DNA of 64,000 nt from Eledone cirrhosa (lineage: Eukaryota): the NCBI GenBank assembly GCA_964016885.1, contig OZ024766.1, forward strand, positions 7,750,001 to 7,814,000, read 5' to 3'. Positions 41,761-55,496 of this stretch are shown one piece after another. The stretch's first letter is position 1; every line of letters begins with the position of its first letter. The notes below the pieces were generated by a model. It searched no databases and was not told where the DNA came from. It saw only the letters and a list, made by a program, of their open reading frames with translations. The translations under genes and the position numbers were made by a program.

Positions 41761-42838
41761 ATAGATAGATAGATAGATTTCTTTATTTGCCACAAGGGCG
41801 CACAAGAAAAGGGGACAATACAAAGTCACATGCCGGGGATTTTACATACAATCTTGTAAAAATATTGAAACAAACAAATTAAACAATCGAAATCCCCAAT
41901 AGGGGGGAGGCGCCACAAATGGGTTGTTTAATACCCCGTAGATAGAACAACCCTCAACTTCAGGAGTGTGTTGTGCAAGTGCTCCTTTCTTCCTTTTGCT
42001 CTCTTCTTCAACCTACAGGTTTATATACAGAGAAGGCCATTTTTGCTTCATTCACCCACCTTTCAGTAAATTTACTGGGGTGCAGTGCCTCTCTCTCCAC
42101 CCTGATTCTCCTTCTAAAGTGGTACCTAAAGAAGGGAATGAGTTGTTGTCCGGAGAGAAAGGCATTTGTCCCCAGTCCTCTCAACCTCGTCCACCATATA
42201 ACACCTTTCAGTAAATTTACTGGGGTGCAGTGCCTCTCTCTCCACTCTGATTCTCCTTCTAAAGTGGTACCTAAAGAAGGGAATGAGTTGTTGTCCGAAG
42301 AGAAAGGCATCTGTCCTCAGTCTTCTCAACCTTGTCCACCATATTACCTCTTTCACCATAGCCACTGTACAGAGGAAAACCGCCTCTCTTTCGTTTTTAA
42401 ATGAAGGTGGCAGTTTTATGCATTCTATGGACTCGGCAGTCAACTGGATTTGTCCCATACGCCACAGCAGTTGTTCTGCGTAGTTCCACAGGTCGGTTAC
42501 GCCCGGGCAGTGTACAATTGCGTGCAGGAGGGTTTCAATGTCCTGCTCGCATCTTGGACACGTCCTCTTGGAAGGATCCCTGCCAGGGCGTCCGTGCCTG
42601 TAGATCTTGTCTCGAACTGGTAGAGCTCCTCGGTAGCACTGCCAGGCCAGAGACCTCTGGAAGTTATCCATAGGTCCCGGGCGGAAAGTCCTCCCGAACA
42701 GAATGGTCAGTTCGTCCTCCATGATGCCTAGAGTTTCTCTGAGAACGTCGTCGCACTTATCCTCCACTAATCCCCTGTAGAATGTCGAAGTGGAGTCTCC
42801 GCTGGTAGAGGGCTGTGAGCGCCTGAAGGCACTCGAGG
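41761..42838 (-). mobile_element. Tx1/L1-clade LINE 3' end ending in (TCTA)n, with a ~145-bp internal duplication
   Basis: AWQCYRGALPVRDK...TCPRCEQDIETLLHAIVHCP (zf-RVT CCHC); tail gtggcaaataaagaaa(tcta)n. Confidence 0.85.
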
Positions 42839-42839
42839 T

Positions 42840-42875
<36 letters not shown>

Positions 42876-43280
42876 GAGACAGACAGAGAGACAGGCAGAC
42901 AGGCAGGCAGACAGACAGACAGAGAGACAGGCAGAGAGAGAGAGAGACAGACAGAGAGAGAGAGAGAGACAGACTGACAGAGAGACAGACAGACAGACAG
43001 ACAGAGAGACAGAGAGAGAGACAGACAGACAGAGAGACAGAGAGAGACAGACAGAGAGACAGAGAGAGAGACAGACAGACAGAGAGACAGAGAGAGACAG
43101 ACAGAGAGACAGAGAGAGAGACAGACAGACAGAGAGACAGAGAGAGACAGACAGAGAGACAGAGAGAGAGACAGACAGACAGAGAGACAGAGAGAGAGAC
43201 AGACTGACAGAGAGACAGACAGACAGACAGACAGAGAGACAGAGAGAGAGACAGACAGACAGAGAGACAGAGAGAGACAG

Positions 43281-43480
43281 NNNNNNNNNNNNNNNNNNNN
43301 NNNNNNNNNNNNNNNNNNNNNNNNNNNNNNNNNNNNNNNNNNNNNNNNNNNNNNNNNNNNNNNNNNNNNNNNNNNNNNNNNNNNNNNNNNNNNNNNNNNN
43401 NNNNNNNNNNNNNNNNNNNNNNNNNNNNNNNNNNNNNNNNNNNNNNNNNNNNNNNNNNNNNNNNNNNNNNNNNNNNNNNN
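43281..43480. other. Assembly gap (200 N)
   Basis: Run of N between (GACA/GA)n and (CAC)n tracts. Confidence 1.
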
Positions 43481-44721
43481 CACCACCACCACCACCACCA
43501 CCACCACCACCACCACCACCACTGCCACCACCACCGCCACCACCACCACCACCACTACCACCACTACCACCACCACCACCACCACTACCACCACCACCAC
43601 TACCACCACCACCACCACCACCACAACCACCACCACCACCACCACTACACCACCACCACCACCACCACCACCACCACCACCACCACCACCACCACCACCA
43701 CCACCACCACCACCACCACTACTACCACCACCACTACCACCACCACCACCACCACCACAACCACCACCACCACCACCACTACACCACCACCACCACCACC
43801 ACCACCACCACCACCACCACCACCACCACCACCACCACTACACCACCACCACTACCACGACCACCACAACCAACACCACCGCCACCACCACCACCACCAC
43901 CACTACCACCACCACCACTACCACCACCACCACCACCACTACCACTACCACCACCACAACCACCACCACCACCACCACAACCACTACCACCACCACCACC
44001 ACCACAACCACTACCACCACCACCACCACCACCACGCCACCACCACCACCACCACCACCGCCACCACCACCGCCAACACCACCACCACCACCACCACCAC
44101 CACCACCACCACCACCACCACCACCACCACCATAACACCACTACACCACCACCACCATCACCACCACCACCACCACCACCACACCACCACCACCACCACC
44201 ACTACCACCACCACAACCGCCACCACCACCACCACCACCGCCACCACCACCAACACCTAACACCACTACCACCACCACCACCACCACCACACCGCCACCA
44301 CCACCACCACCACCACCATAACACCACTACACCACCACCACCATCACCACCACCACCACCACCACCACCACCACCACCACAACCACCACCACCACCACCA
44401 CCACACCACCACCACCACCGCCACCACCACCACCACCACCACCACCACCACCACCACCACCACCACCGCCACCACCACCGCCACCGCCACCACCTTACAC
44501 TCACCTGTCCTGTTTCATTAAATAAACCAGAAGGTAACAATCACAATAGATGAATTTTGCCAATTAACCTGGACACTACCTGCTAATTAGACCGTTACAC
44601 CTGTAGTCACCGCTGTAGTATGTACTATTGTGCACTGTACTATATACAGCTGAGAGTACGTGTGTATATATATGTATATATATATATATATATATGTGTG
44701 TATATATGGATATATGTATAG

Positions 44722-44845
<124 letters not shown>

Positions 44846-44971
44846 AAATAAGTTAAAGTGTACACCTACATATGTATACGGAAGTATTAGTATGCATATA
44901 AATACACACATGTATACATATGTACATGTACTCAGTTTTTCACTAGACACTTTACAGTGAGTGTCAGCTAG

Positions 44972-45024
<53 letters not shown>

Positions 45025-45027
<3 letters not shown>

Positions 45028-45436
45028 GGAGGTGAGTTTTATTGTAGTACAATAAAGCAATGCAGATATCGGATAAGAAGCACTCTACAGTTTGTGGGAC
45101 TGGAGTATGCATAATATAAGATCAAAAGATGGTTAAAGGAGTTCAATATATTTTATTATGCGCATTTCAAAAACAAACATCATCAAACAATAATATTTGT
45201 GTTTTCATCAGATAAAACAGGAGAACATGATATGAAGGCTAAAAAAAACACTTGTTGATAGTGCAGTTTTATCATATGTTGATTTAAAACTGCACTATCA
45301 ACAAGTGTTTTTTTAGCCTTCATATCATGTTCTCCTGTTTTATCTGATGAAAACACAAATATTATTGTTTGATGACGTTTGTTTTTGAAATGCGCATAAT
45401 AAAATATATTGAACTCCTTTAACCATCTTTTGATCT

Positions 45437-45478
<42 letters not shown>

Positions 45479-45604
45479 AATTAAGTTAAAGTGTACATCT
45501 ACATATGTATACGGAAGTATTAGTATGCATATAAATACACACATGTATACATATGTACATGTACTCAGTTTTTCACTAGACACTTTACAGTGAGTGTCAG
45601 CTAG

Positions 45605-45652
<48 letters not shown>

Positions 45653-46046
45653 GGAGGTGAGTTTTATTGTAGTACAATAAAGCAATGCAGATATCGGATT
45701 TGAAGCACTCTACAGTTTGTAGGACTGGAGTATACATAATATATAAGAACAAAAGATGGTTAAAGGAGTTCCATGTATTTTATTATGCGCATTTCAAAAA
45801 CAAATATCATCATGCAATAATATTTGTGTTTTCATCAGATAAAACAGGAGGACATGATATGAAGGCTAACATATGTTGATTTAAAACTGATTTAAAACTG
45901 AACTATCCACAAGTGTTTTTTAGCCTTCATATCATGTCCTCCTGTTTTATCTGATGAAAACACAAATATTATTGCATGATGATATTTGTTTTTGAAATGC
46001 GCATAATAAAATACATGGAACTCCTTTAACCATCTTTTGTTCTTAT
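45025..46046. ncRNA. Two tandem inverted pairs of family D hammerhead elements (- 45149-45219, + 45336-45406, - 45776-45846, + 45943-46013)
   Basis: tgttttat CTGATGA aaac-acaaatattat..atgatatttgt-tttt GAA AT GCGC AT A ataaaata; palindromic GCGC loop III. Confidence 0.85.
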
Positions 46047-46157
46047 ATATTATATATATATATATATATATGTGTATATATATGGATATATATGGAGAAA
46101 CAAGATGGCGTAGGACAGAACGAAGGAGAGGCACAAAAACAAAGAAAAGAATCCCCA

Positions 46158-46200
46158 GTCACTGAAGAGGTCACAGAATGTGTGACGAAAGAACTTTGAC
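46158..46200 (+). ncRNA. Type-I hammerhead, family G
   Basis: GTCA CTGAAGA g gtcaca-gaatg-tgtgac GAA AG aa CT T TGAC. Related cores at 48008-48051 (+) and 48726-48768 (-). Confidence 0.7.
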
Positions 46201-46377
46201 AATATATAAACAACCATCTGGTTGTGGAACCAACCAACCAACCGGAAATTTATAAATTCGTAAATTTATAAATTTATTATAATAAATTGAATTGAAACAA
46301 CTGGTGCGTGTGTTTCCTATTGGCAACATGACCCTCCCAAAGTATAACAATATGGATATGTATCTATCTATCTATCT

Positions 46378-46946
46378 AGGGAGGGTAAAATTCCCGAGAT
46401 CCATGGACGAGTTCTCTCCAGCTGTCTCTGTCCCTCATTATCGCTGCCATGTCCTGCGTCTCCAACAGACCAGTGTCTGTCCTTAGGGCATCAACATACG
46501 TTAACCTTGGTCTTCCTCTTCCAGTGTGTCCATGTAGGGGCTCCCACGGGAGCACTGAGTGCAATGTCAACTCTGGATGTCGGTGAGCATGTCCAGCTAA
46601 CCCAGTGTGTCCATGTAGGGGCTCCCACAGGAGCACTGAGTGCAATGTCAACTCTGGATGTCGGTGACCATGTCCAGCTAACCTAGTGTGTCCATGTAGG
46701 GGCTCCCACAGGAGCACTGAGTGCAATGTCAACTCTGGATGCCAGTGAGCATGTCCAGCTAACCTCAGTCTCCTCTGTGTCACTTTTGAGCTGACTTTTG
46801 GGAGGCTCCCATACAGCTCTGAGTCCTTCATCCTCAGTGTATACTGATTAATGTTCAGAGCCATCCTCAGCATTCTCGTGTAGCACCCATCCACCATCTG
46901 AGTGAGTTTCTTGGTCAGTGTCCAAGTCTCAGACCCGTACAGCAGC
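46378..46946 (-). mobile_element. RTE LINE 3' end with an 81-bp segment triplicated in frame
   Basis: LLYGSETWTLTK...([26 protein letters not shown])x3...RDSWRELV. Another fragment at 47675-47790 (+). Confidence 0.88.
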
Positions 46947-47348
46947 ATGTATAAATATATATGTGTATATATACAGCTTGTATAAATATATACATATATA
47001 TATACATACAGTGGCGGACTGGCCAGGCTGCAAGAGCTCACAGTAGCTTTGCAGGGCCCACTGTAGTATTTTAGAGGCCAATGCTTTGCTTTCAGAAAAA
47101 ACCTGAAATCTAAGAGAAAGAATAAAATTTTTTAAGCAAAGCGTATGGTCAGCCAAGGAGGGGGAGAAATGGGGTGCAACAGAAATGAAACATGGATTAC
47201 AGGTTAAAATATAGTCTAGATAGATGTGAAACGAAACTTAGATGTAGTTTATGGAAGACCCAAATGATTTAGAAGTCGACCTTAAGTAGGAGCAATAACA
47301 TTAAGAAAGGCATGAACGACACTACAACACTTTGTTTTGAACATTTTC

Positions 47349-47671
47349 AAAGTAGGTTTATAAGTATGAATTTTCATAAGATTTTCGTAGTTGTCTCTGT
47401 GGCCTAGTGGTAGGTACTAGAGACGGTGGAGCTCCTGGTCTTGGGTTCAATCCTGGTCAAGAGGGACATGTAACCTTTTTCAGTTTTTATTTTACGACCA
47501 ATAGAAAAAAAACTGAAAAGGTTTACCGGGAACCCTACCCCCGACCAGGAACCCTACTCCCGAGCAGGATCGAACCTCAGACCTGGATCACCACCGTCTA
47601 TGATTCCTCCAACTCAGCCACCGAGACATCTACAAAAGTATAATGAGAATTGATAATTATAAACCTACTTT
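47349..47671. mobile_element. Diverged inverted repeat containing two convergent tRNA-like Pol III heads
   Basis: Plus 47393-47467: TGGCCTAGTGG / GGTTCAATCC. Minus 47627-47555: TGGCTGAGTTGG / GGTTCGATCC. Shared upstream flank aaagtaggtttataa. Confidence 0.7.
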
Positions 47672-47843
47672 CAAATGGTGGATGGGTGCTACACGAGAAT
47701 GCTGAGGATGGCTCTGAACATTAATCAGTATACACTGAGGATGAACAACTCAGAGCTGTTTGGGAGCATCCCAAAAGTCAGCTCAAAAGTACAGTACATG
47801 GAAGGGATATATTAGGTTAACGCTTGATATAGCAGGAAGAGGG

Positions 47844-47879
47844 TCTTAACGTTTCTGACGCTAGTCCTTCATCAGAAGA
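47844..47879 (-). ncRNA. Minimal PLE-type hammerhead
   Basis: TCTT CTGATGA ag-gac-tagc-gtc-a GAA A cg T T AAGA; AACGTT palindrome at stem III. Confidence 0.65.
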
Positions 47880-48115
47880 AAGAATGAGAAATAAGATAGA
47901 TTGAGGGGACGGGTGGGGTGGAGTTGGAAAAAAAATGTCTTTAGATAAAAATAACAGGTCCACTCATGTTGACATCTCGTGTGTGTATATATATATGTAT
48001 AGAAGTATATTACTGATGATGTCACAGGTGTGTGATGAAATAACTTTGATAGACTATATATATATATTTATAATTTTAGGGATAACCAAAGAGTGCTTAG
48101 AAATACATTGTTTTA

Positions 48116-48166
48116 TTAGCTAACGGTGTTTCATCCATACGCTATGGCAGGAATCATCAGAGACTA
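48116..48166 (-). ncRNA. Type-I hammerhead (additional family)
   Basis: tagtct CTGATGA ttcctg-ccata-gcg-tatgg-at GAA AC acc GT T agcta. Confidence 0.55.
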
Positions 48167-48671
48167 TAAACAAGAGTGTATCAATAGTTGCATGCTCCAT
48201 CAAGCTGCGTCACCAGAACATCTACACGAAGTCCACGTGACGGACATGTAAATAACATAGTTGTCATTGACAGTTTTAGCCGTGTGTTTTCTATATATTC
48301 TACAGAAATTTGCACCCACTCTAATAAACCCGCTTATTATTGTAACCATATCTGCTTTTCCTTCACTCTGGCATAGGTAATTTCGGAAGTGGAGTCCTCT
48401 GTATACACTTTCTGTTTATAACATGATTTACATTTACTGTGGTATAATTGTATACGGTATGACACTTTGGTTCGATGCCGACACTCGGCCAGACAGTGAA
48501 TTTCACTTGGGACGTTGGGTTGAGTGACCCAACGTGAGGACCCTGGGAGATGGCAGTATTTTCAATTTCCTCACTGGAGTACCGGCTGTACACCTACCTT
48601 TCTTCAACTCATCGTACTTTATTTTATTTTAGATTGTAGGTGTTTATCGCAACACTGATTCTCTATTTTCT

Positions 48672-48727
<56 letters not shown>

Positions 48728-48799
48728 CCGAGTTCTTTCGTTACACATCTGTGACATCATCAGTGATATTATGTTTCCTCTGTTGTATTGAAAAACATT

Positions 48800-48831
<32 letters not shown>

Positions 48832-48836
<5 letters not shown>

Positions 48837-49189
48837 ATATCAAAAGATGGTTAAAGGAGTTCTATGTATTTTATTATGCGCATTTCAAAAACAAATATCA
48901 TCATGGGATGATATTTGCGTTCTCATCAGATAAAATGTTGATTTAACACTTCACTGCTCGCAAGTGTTTTTTAAGCTTCATATCATGTCTCCCTATTTTA
49001 TCTGATGAGAACGCAAATATCATCCCATGATGATATTTGTTTTAGAAATGCGCATAATAAAATACAAGGAACTCTTTTAACCATCTTTTGATTTTATATT
49101 ATTTATACTCCAGTTCTATTAACTGTTGAGTGCTACTTATCCGATATTTGCATTGTTTTATTGTGTTACAATAAAACTCACCTCCTACA
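48832..49189. ncRNA. Inverted pair of family D hammerhead elements (- 48867-48936; + 48994-49064)
   Basis: CTGATGA gaac-gcaaatatcatc-ccat-gatgatatttgt.. GAA AT GCGC AT A ataaaata. Confidence 0.8.
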
Positions 49190-49234
49190 TATATATATAC
49201 ATATATATATGTATATATATTCATAAATTAAATG

Positions 49235-49274
<40 letters not shown>

Positions 49275-49429
49275 GACCAATGTCATATAATTGGGTGTTT
49301 GTATAATAATGACCAGCTGTGACAGTTCGGTAGTGGTGGTGGTAGTAGTAGTAGTAGCGGTGGTGGTGGTGGTGGTGGTAGTGATAGTAGTAGTAGTGGT
49401 GGTGGTGGTGGTAGTGGTAGTAGTAGTGA

Positions 49430-49476
<47 letters not shown>

Positions 49477-49621
49477 GTAGTAGTAGTGGTAGTAGTAGTA
49501 GTAGTATTAGTAGTAGTAGTACCAGTAGTAGTAGTAGTAGTAGTAGTACCAGTAGTAGTAGCAGTAGTAGTAGTAGTAGTAGTACCAGTAGTAGTAGCAG
49601 TAGTAGTAGTAGTATGAGTAT

Positions 49622-49660
<39 letters not shown>

Positions 49661-49769
49661 TAGTAGTAGTAGTAGTACCAGTAGTAGTAGTAGTAGTAGT
49701 AGTAGTACCAGTAGTAGTAGTAGTAGTAGTAGTAGTAGCAATAGTAGTAGTAGCAGTAGTAGCAGTAGC

Positions 49770-49825
<56 letters not shown>

Positions 49826-49941
49826 TAGTAGCAGTGGTAGTAGTAGTAGTAGTAGTGGTAGTAGTAGTAGTAGCAGTAGTAGTAGTAGTAGTAGTAGTGG
49901 CAGTAGTAGTAGTAGTAGTAGCAGTAGTAGTATTAGTAGTG

Positions 49942-49986
<45 letters not shown>

Positions 49987-50081
49987 CCAGTAGTAGTAGC
50001 AGTAGTAGTAGCAGTAGTAGTAGTAGTAGTAGTGGTAGTAGTAGTAGTACCAGTAGTAGTAGTGGTAGTAGTAGTAGTACC

Positions 50082-50149
<68 letters not shown>

Positions 50150-50265
50150 CAGCAGTAGTAGTAGTAGCAATAGTAGTAGTAGCAGTAGTAGTAGTAGCAG
50201 TAGCAATAGTAGTAGTAGTAGTAGCAGTAGTAGCAGTAGCAATAGTAGTGGCAGTAGTAGCAGTG

Positions 50266-50317
<52 letters not shown>

Positions 50318-50328
50318 TAGTAGCAGTG

Positions 50329-50374
<46 letters not shown>

Positions 50375-50408
50375 TAGTAGTAGTAGCAGTAGTAGTAGTA
50401 GTAGTGGC

Positions 50409-50452
<44 letters not shown>

Positions 50453-50479
50453 CAGTAGTAGTATTGGTGATAGTTAACG

Positions 50480-52236
50480 ACGTAGTTTGTGGGGTGGGAA
50501 AAATAGAGAGAGCGAGTGAAACATTGCGTGGGAGAGAGAGAGAGAGTGAGAGAGAGAGGAAAAGAGTGGAGAGTGTGTGAGTAAGAGAGGGGGCGAGTAA
50601 GAGAATGAGGAAGAGAGCGGGGGCGTGAAAATGTGAGTGAGAGGGAGAGAGAGAGGGAGAGAGAGAGTGAGACGGAGAGAAAGTATGTAGGAGAGAGAGA
50701 GAGAATGAGAGAGATCGTATAAGTGAGAGAGAGTGAAAGAGAGAGAGGGTGAGAAAGAGAGAGGGTGTGTGAGAAAGAGAGAGATTGTTAGTACTGCAGC
50801 TAGAGAGAGAGAGAGAGAGAGAGAGAGTGTGTGTATGTGTGTGAGAGAGATTGTATGAGGGAGAGAGAGATTGAGAGATAGTATGAGTGAGAGAGAGAGA
50901 AAGAGAGAGAGGGTGAGAGAGTGTGTGTGAGAAAGAGAGAGGGTGTGTGAGAAAGAGAGAGAGAGTGTGTGTGTGAGAGAGAGTGAAAGAGTGAGAAAAG
51001 GAGAGACATGAGAGGGTGTGTGAGAAAGAGAGAGAGAGATTGTTAGTACTAAAGCTAACGAGAGAGAGTGTGAAAGAGAGAGAGCGTGTGTGAGAGAGAG
51101 AGAGAGTGTGTGAGAGAGAGGGGGTAAGAGAGAGAGTGTGTGAGAGAGAGAGAGTGTGTGAGAAAGAGAGAGAGAGAGAGTGTTAGTACTATAGCTAACG
51201 AGAGAGTGTGTATGTGTGAGAGAGAGGGAGGGTAAGAGAGAGAGTGTGTGAGAAAGAGAGAGAGAGAGTGTTAGTACTATAGCTAACGAGAGAGAGTGTG
51301 TGTGAGAGAGAGAGGGTAAGAGAGAGAGTGTGTGAGAAAGAGAGAGAGAGTGTTAGTACTAAAGCTAACGAGAGAGAGTGTGTGTGTGAGAGAGAGAGAG
51401 GGTAAGACAGAGAGTGTGTGAGAAAGAGAGAGAGTGTGTATGTGAGGGAGAGAGAGGGTAAGAGAGAGAGTGTGTGTGAGAGAGAGAGGGTAAGAGAGAG
51501 AGTGTGTGAGAAAGAGAGAGAGAGAGTGTTAGTACTATAGCTAACGAGAGAGTGTGTATGTGAAAGAGAGAGAGGGTGAGAGAGAGCGTGTGAGAAAGAG
51601 AGAGAGAGAGTGTTAGTACTAAAGCTAACGAGAGAGAGTGTGTGTGTGAGAGAGAGAGAGGGTAAGACAGAGAGTGTGTGAGAAAGAGAGAGAGTGTGTA
51701 TGTGAGAGAGAGAGAGGGTAAGAGAGAGAGTGTGTGTGAGAGAGAGAGAGGGTAAGAGAGAGAGTGTGTGAGAAAGAGAGAGAGAGTGTTAGTACTATAG
51801 CTAACGAGAGAGAGTGTGTATGTAAGAGAGAGAGAGTGTGTGAGAGAGAGAGAGGGTAAGAGAGAGTGTGTTAGTACTATAGCTAACGAGAGAGAGTGTG
51901 TGTGTGTGAGAGAGAGAGGGTGAGAGAGAGTGTGTGAGAAAGAGAGAGAGTGTGTTAGTACTATAGCTAACGAGAGAGAGTGTGTGTGTGTGAGAGAGAG
52001 AGTGTGAGAGAGAGAGTGTGAGAAAGAGAGAGAAAGAGAGAGTGTTAGTACTATAGCTAACGAGAGAGAGTGTGTGTGTGTGAGAGAGAGAGGGTGAGAG
52101 AGAGTGTGTGAGAAAGAGAGAGAGTGTGTTAGTACTATAGCTAACGAGAGAGAGTGTGTGTGTGTGAGAGAGAGAGGGTGAGAGAGAGTGTGAGAAAGAG
52201 AGAGAAAGAGAGAGTGTTAGTACTATAGCTAACGAG
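50480..52236. repeat. (GA)n/(GT)n field punctuated by about 13 copies of GTTAGTACTATAGCTAACG
   Basis: Motif at ~50787, 51042, 51182, 51270, 51352, 51528, 51612, 51788, 51870, 51954, 52044, 52128 and 52215. Confidence 0.85.
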
Positions 52237-53164
52237 ACACATTGTAGTGGAGTTTGTTGGTGACTGTTTTCACAAAAAAAAAAAAAATACAGGACGGGGG
52301 GGGTTACACGACAACAACAACAGCATCAACGTAACAGGATATACATAGAACGGGAAAAATGATTACAGCCACAACACATCATCTATAAATATATAACTAC
52401 ACAGTACCCTAACTGCCCCCTAAAATCAGTTTAAGGAGCAGGGACCTACCTTTCCTAATTGTTTTCAGGTAGGTTGGTTCGTCGGCTGGCTGGTTGGTTG
52501 GCCGGTTTTTCTCAGGTAAGTTATTATGTATACATATATATATATATATGGTGGCTGCCAACTTGTTTTCGAGTACGGCCACTACTTTATATATCCATGT
52601 AGGAGAACCCCTACTGATGCGCTGAACGAGTGTGACTGTTTAGTCCAGCCAGCAACTTGAAAACTCTGGTACAAACACTACACTTGTGACAATTATTGAC
52701 ACATAGTGCTGGGCCCATGGTACCATGTGATGACAAGTGCAGAGAGATCTCCAGATATAAAGCAATGCCTGTGCCGTGAAGCTTTTATAGTGAGCAAAGG
52801 CACTGCACAAAGCCAGTCCCACTCTCTTAACCAAGATGATATTTACCAAAAAGAAGAACAAGACAACATCATTGGATACCATCAGGGTTGCAGGTGTTAT
52901 ATCAGAGTTTTCCTTCTCCTAGAATTCGGGGTCCTGAACTTTTTCCTATATATATTATATAGGAACGAGTAGGACCCCGACAGCTGAGCTCAAGCCGTTT
53001 CGACGGCTAATTCTGGACTAAACTTTTAGTCCAGAATTAGCCGTCAAAACAGCTTGAGCTCAGCCGTCGGGGTCCTACTCGTTCCTATTACCCACTCTAC
53101 TACCCTAAGTATTGAGTACTTTGGTGCGTTATGGTCCATCTGGTTCCTTACCACATTTCCTTCG

Positions 53165-53208
<44 letters not shown>

Positions 53209-53258
53209 CTCTTTTACCTGTTTCAGCCATCCGGCTGAGGCCATGCTGGGGCACAGCC

Positions 53259-53295
<37 letters not shown>

Positions 53296-53722
53296 GAAGT
53301 TCTATTTAAATTGTTGGGATACAACAAGCAAATATTTTTATAACTGATATAAAGCACTCAACAAATTATTGGAGTAAAAATACGATATATTAACAAATGG
53401 AAAGTATAATATATATATATATATACATACATATATACATATATACATATATACATATATATATACATATATACATATATACATACATTACATATATACA
53501 TAGATACATACATTACATATATACATAGATACATATATACATACATATATATGGGGAAAGGTTCAGGACCCCGACGGCTGAGCTCCGGCCGTTTCGACAG
53601 CTAGATCCGAAAAGTTCGGATTTAGCTGTCGAAGCGGCAGGAGCTCAGCCGTCGGGGTCCTTAATATTTTCCTATTATCCACTCTACTACCCAAAGTATC
53701 GAGTACTCTGGTGCGTTATGGT

Positions 53723-53759
<37 letters not shown>

Positions 53760-53923
53760 CATACAAACATATGTATGTATATATAAGTTTATCCCGAGCT
53801 TTCCTGATGATTTCCTCCGAATAAAACAGTTCTAGTCCTGTAGAAGCCATTTCTATATTAAATATATATATAGTGTATGTGTGTATGTATATATACATGT
53901 GTGTGTGTGTGTATGTCTGTGTG

Positions 53924-53957
<34 letters not shown>

Positions 53958-54205
53958 AATAAGACCCTGACGGCTGAGCTCCGGCCGTTTTATATTAAAT
54001 ATATATATAGTGTATATATATATATATATGTGTGTGTGTGTGCGTGTATGTATGTATGTGTGTGTGTGTATGTATGTATGTATGTTTGTATATATATATG
54101 TGTGTGTGTGTGTGTATAAGACCCTGACGGCTGAGCTCCGGCCGTTTTATATTAAATATATATATAGTGTATATATATATATGTGTGTGTGTGTGTGTAT
54201 GTATG

Positions 54206-54262
<57 letters not shown>

Positions 54263-54269
54263 GTATATC

Positions 54270-54348
<79 letters not shown>

Positions 54349-54375
54349 GTATATCTGTGTGTGTGTGTATGTATG

Positions 54376-54432
<57 letters not shown>

Positions 54433-54437
54433 GTATA

Positions 54438-54471
<34 letters not shown>

Positions 54472-54551
54472 GGACCCTGACGGCTGAGCTCCGGCCGTTT
54501 TATATTAAATATATATATAGTGTATATATATGTGTGTGTGTGTGTGTGTAT

Positions 54552-54651
<100 letters not shown>

Positions 54652-55098
54652 GTGTATATATTTATGTGTGTGTGTGTGTCCGGCCGTTTCAACAGCTCGA
54701 CCGGAATTAGCTCTCGAAACGGCCGAAGCTCAGCCGTCGGGGTCCTGAATCTTTATATGTATATATCTGTGTGTGTGTATGTATATATGTGTGTGTGTAT
54801 AGGACCCTGACGGCTGAGCTCCGGCCATTTCAACAGCTAGACCGGAATTTGCTCTCGAAATGGCCGAAGCTCAGCCGTCGGGGTCCTGAATCTTTATATG
54901 TATATATCTGTGTGTGTGTGTCTGTGTGTCTGTGTGTGTGGATCGTTCTCTGGGTGTATATGTGTGGTGCTATTAAGTTAGACATGGCCTGTGCCAATAC
55001 TGGCCCAAACCTATCAAAGTTATACACATGTATGTATTATACTCATGTGTATATATATATATATATACACACATATGTATATATATATATATATATAT

Positions 55099-55298
55099 AC
55101 GTTATTCCGGGTTGAATCGGAGGTAACCACAGTAAGTAAGGTACTCAATACATAGCAGAGTATAAAAGTTTTAATATAGAAGAGATTCTACAGGACTAGA
55201 ACTGTTTCATTCATTAGAAATCATCAGGAATCTGATTCCTGATGATTTCTAATGAATGAAACAGTTCTAGTCCTGTAGAATCTCTTCTATATTAAAAC
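55099..55298. ncRNA. Back-to-back family B hammerheads (- 55184-55232; + 55234-55282)
   Basis: ...tcatcaggaatc T gattcctgatga...: both copies complete and separated by 1 nt. A degenerate copy (GAAA to AAAA) is at ~53800-53846. Confidence 0.85.
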
Positions 55299-55496
55299 TA
55301 TATATATATATATATCAAATAGGGTGTCGTAAGGAACCAGGTGGACCATAACCCACCAGAGTACTCAATACATAGAGTAGTAGAGTGGGTAATAGGAAAA
55401 GAGTCAGGACCCCGACGGCTGAGCTCCGAACTGTTCGGATCTAGCTGTCCAAACGGCAGGAGCTCAGCCGTCGTTGTCATGACTCTTTTCAACAAT

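Noticed and set aside
44515-44579. Minus-strand exon candidate with a strong CAG|GTGAGT donor
   Set aside because: All three frames contain stops from the available acceptors; it could only be non-coding and has no other support.
47393-47467. Functional tRNA gene (also SINE heads at 11938, 32860, 59012)
   Set aside because: A and B boxes are present but there is no convincing anticodon arm or full cloverleaf; treated as tRNA-derived repeats.
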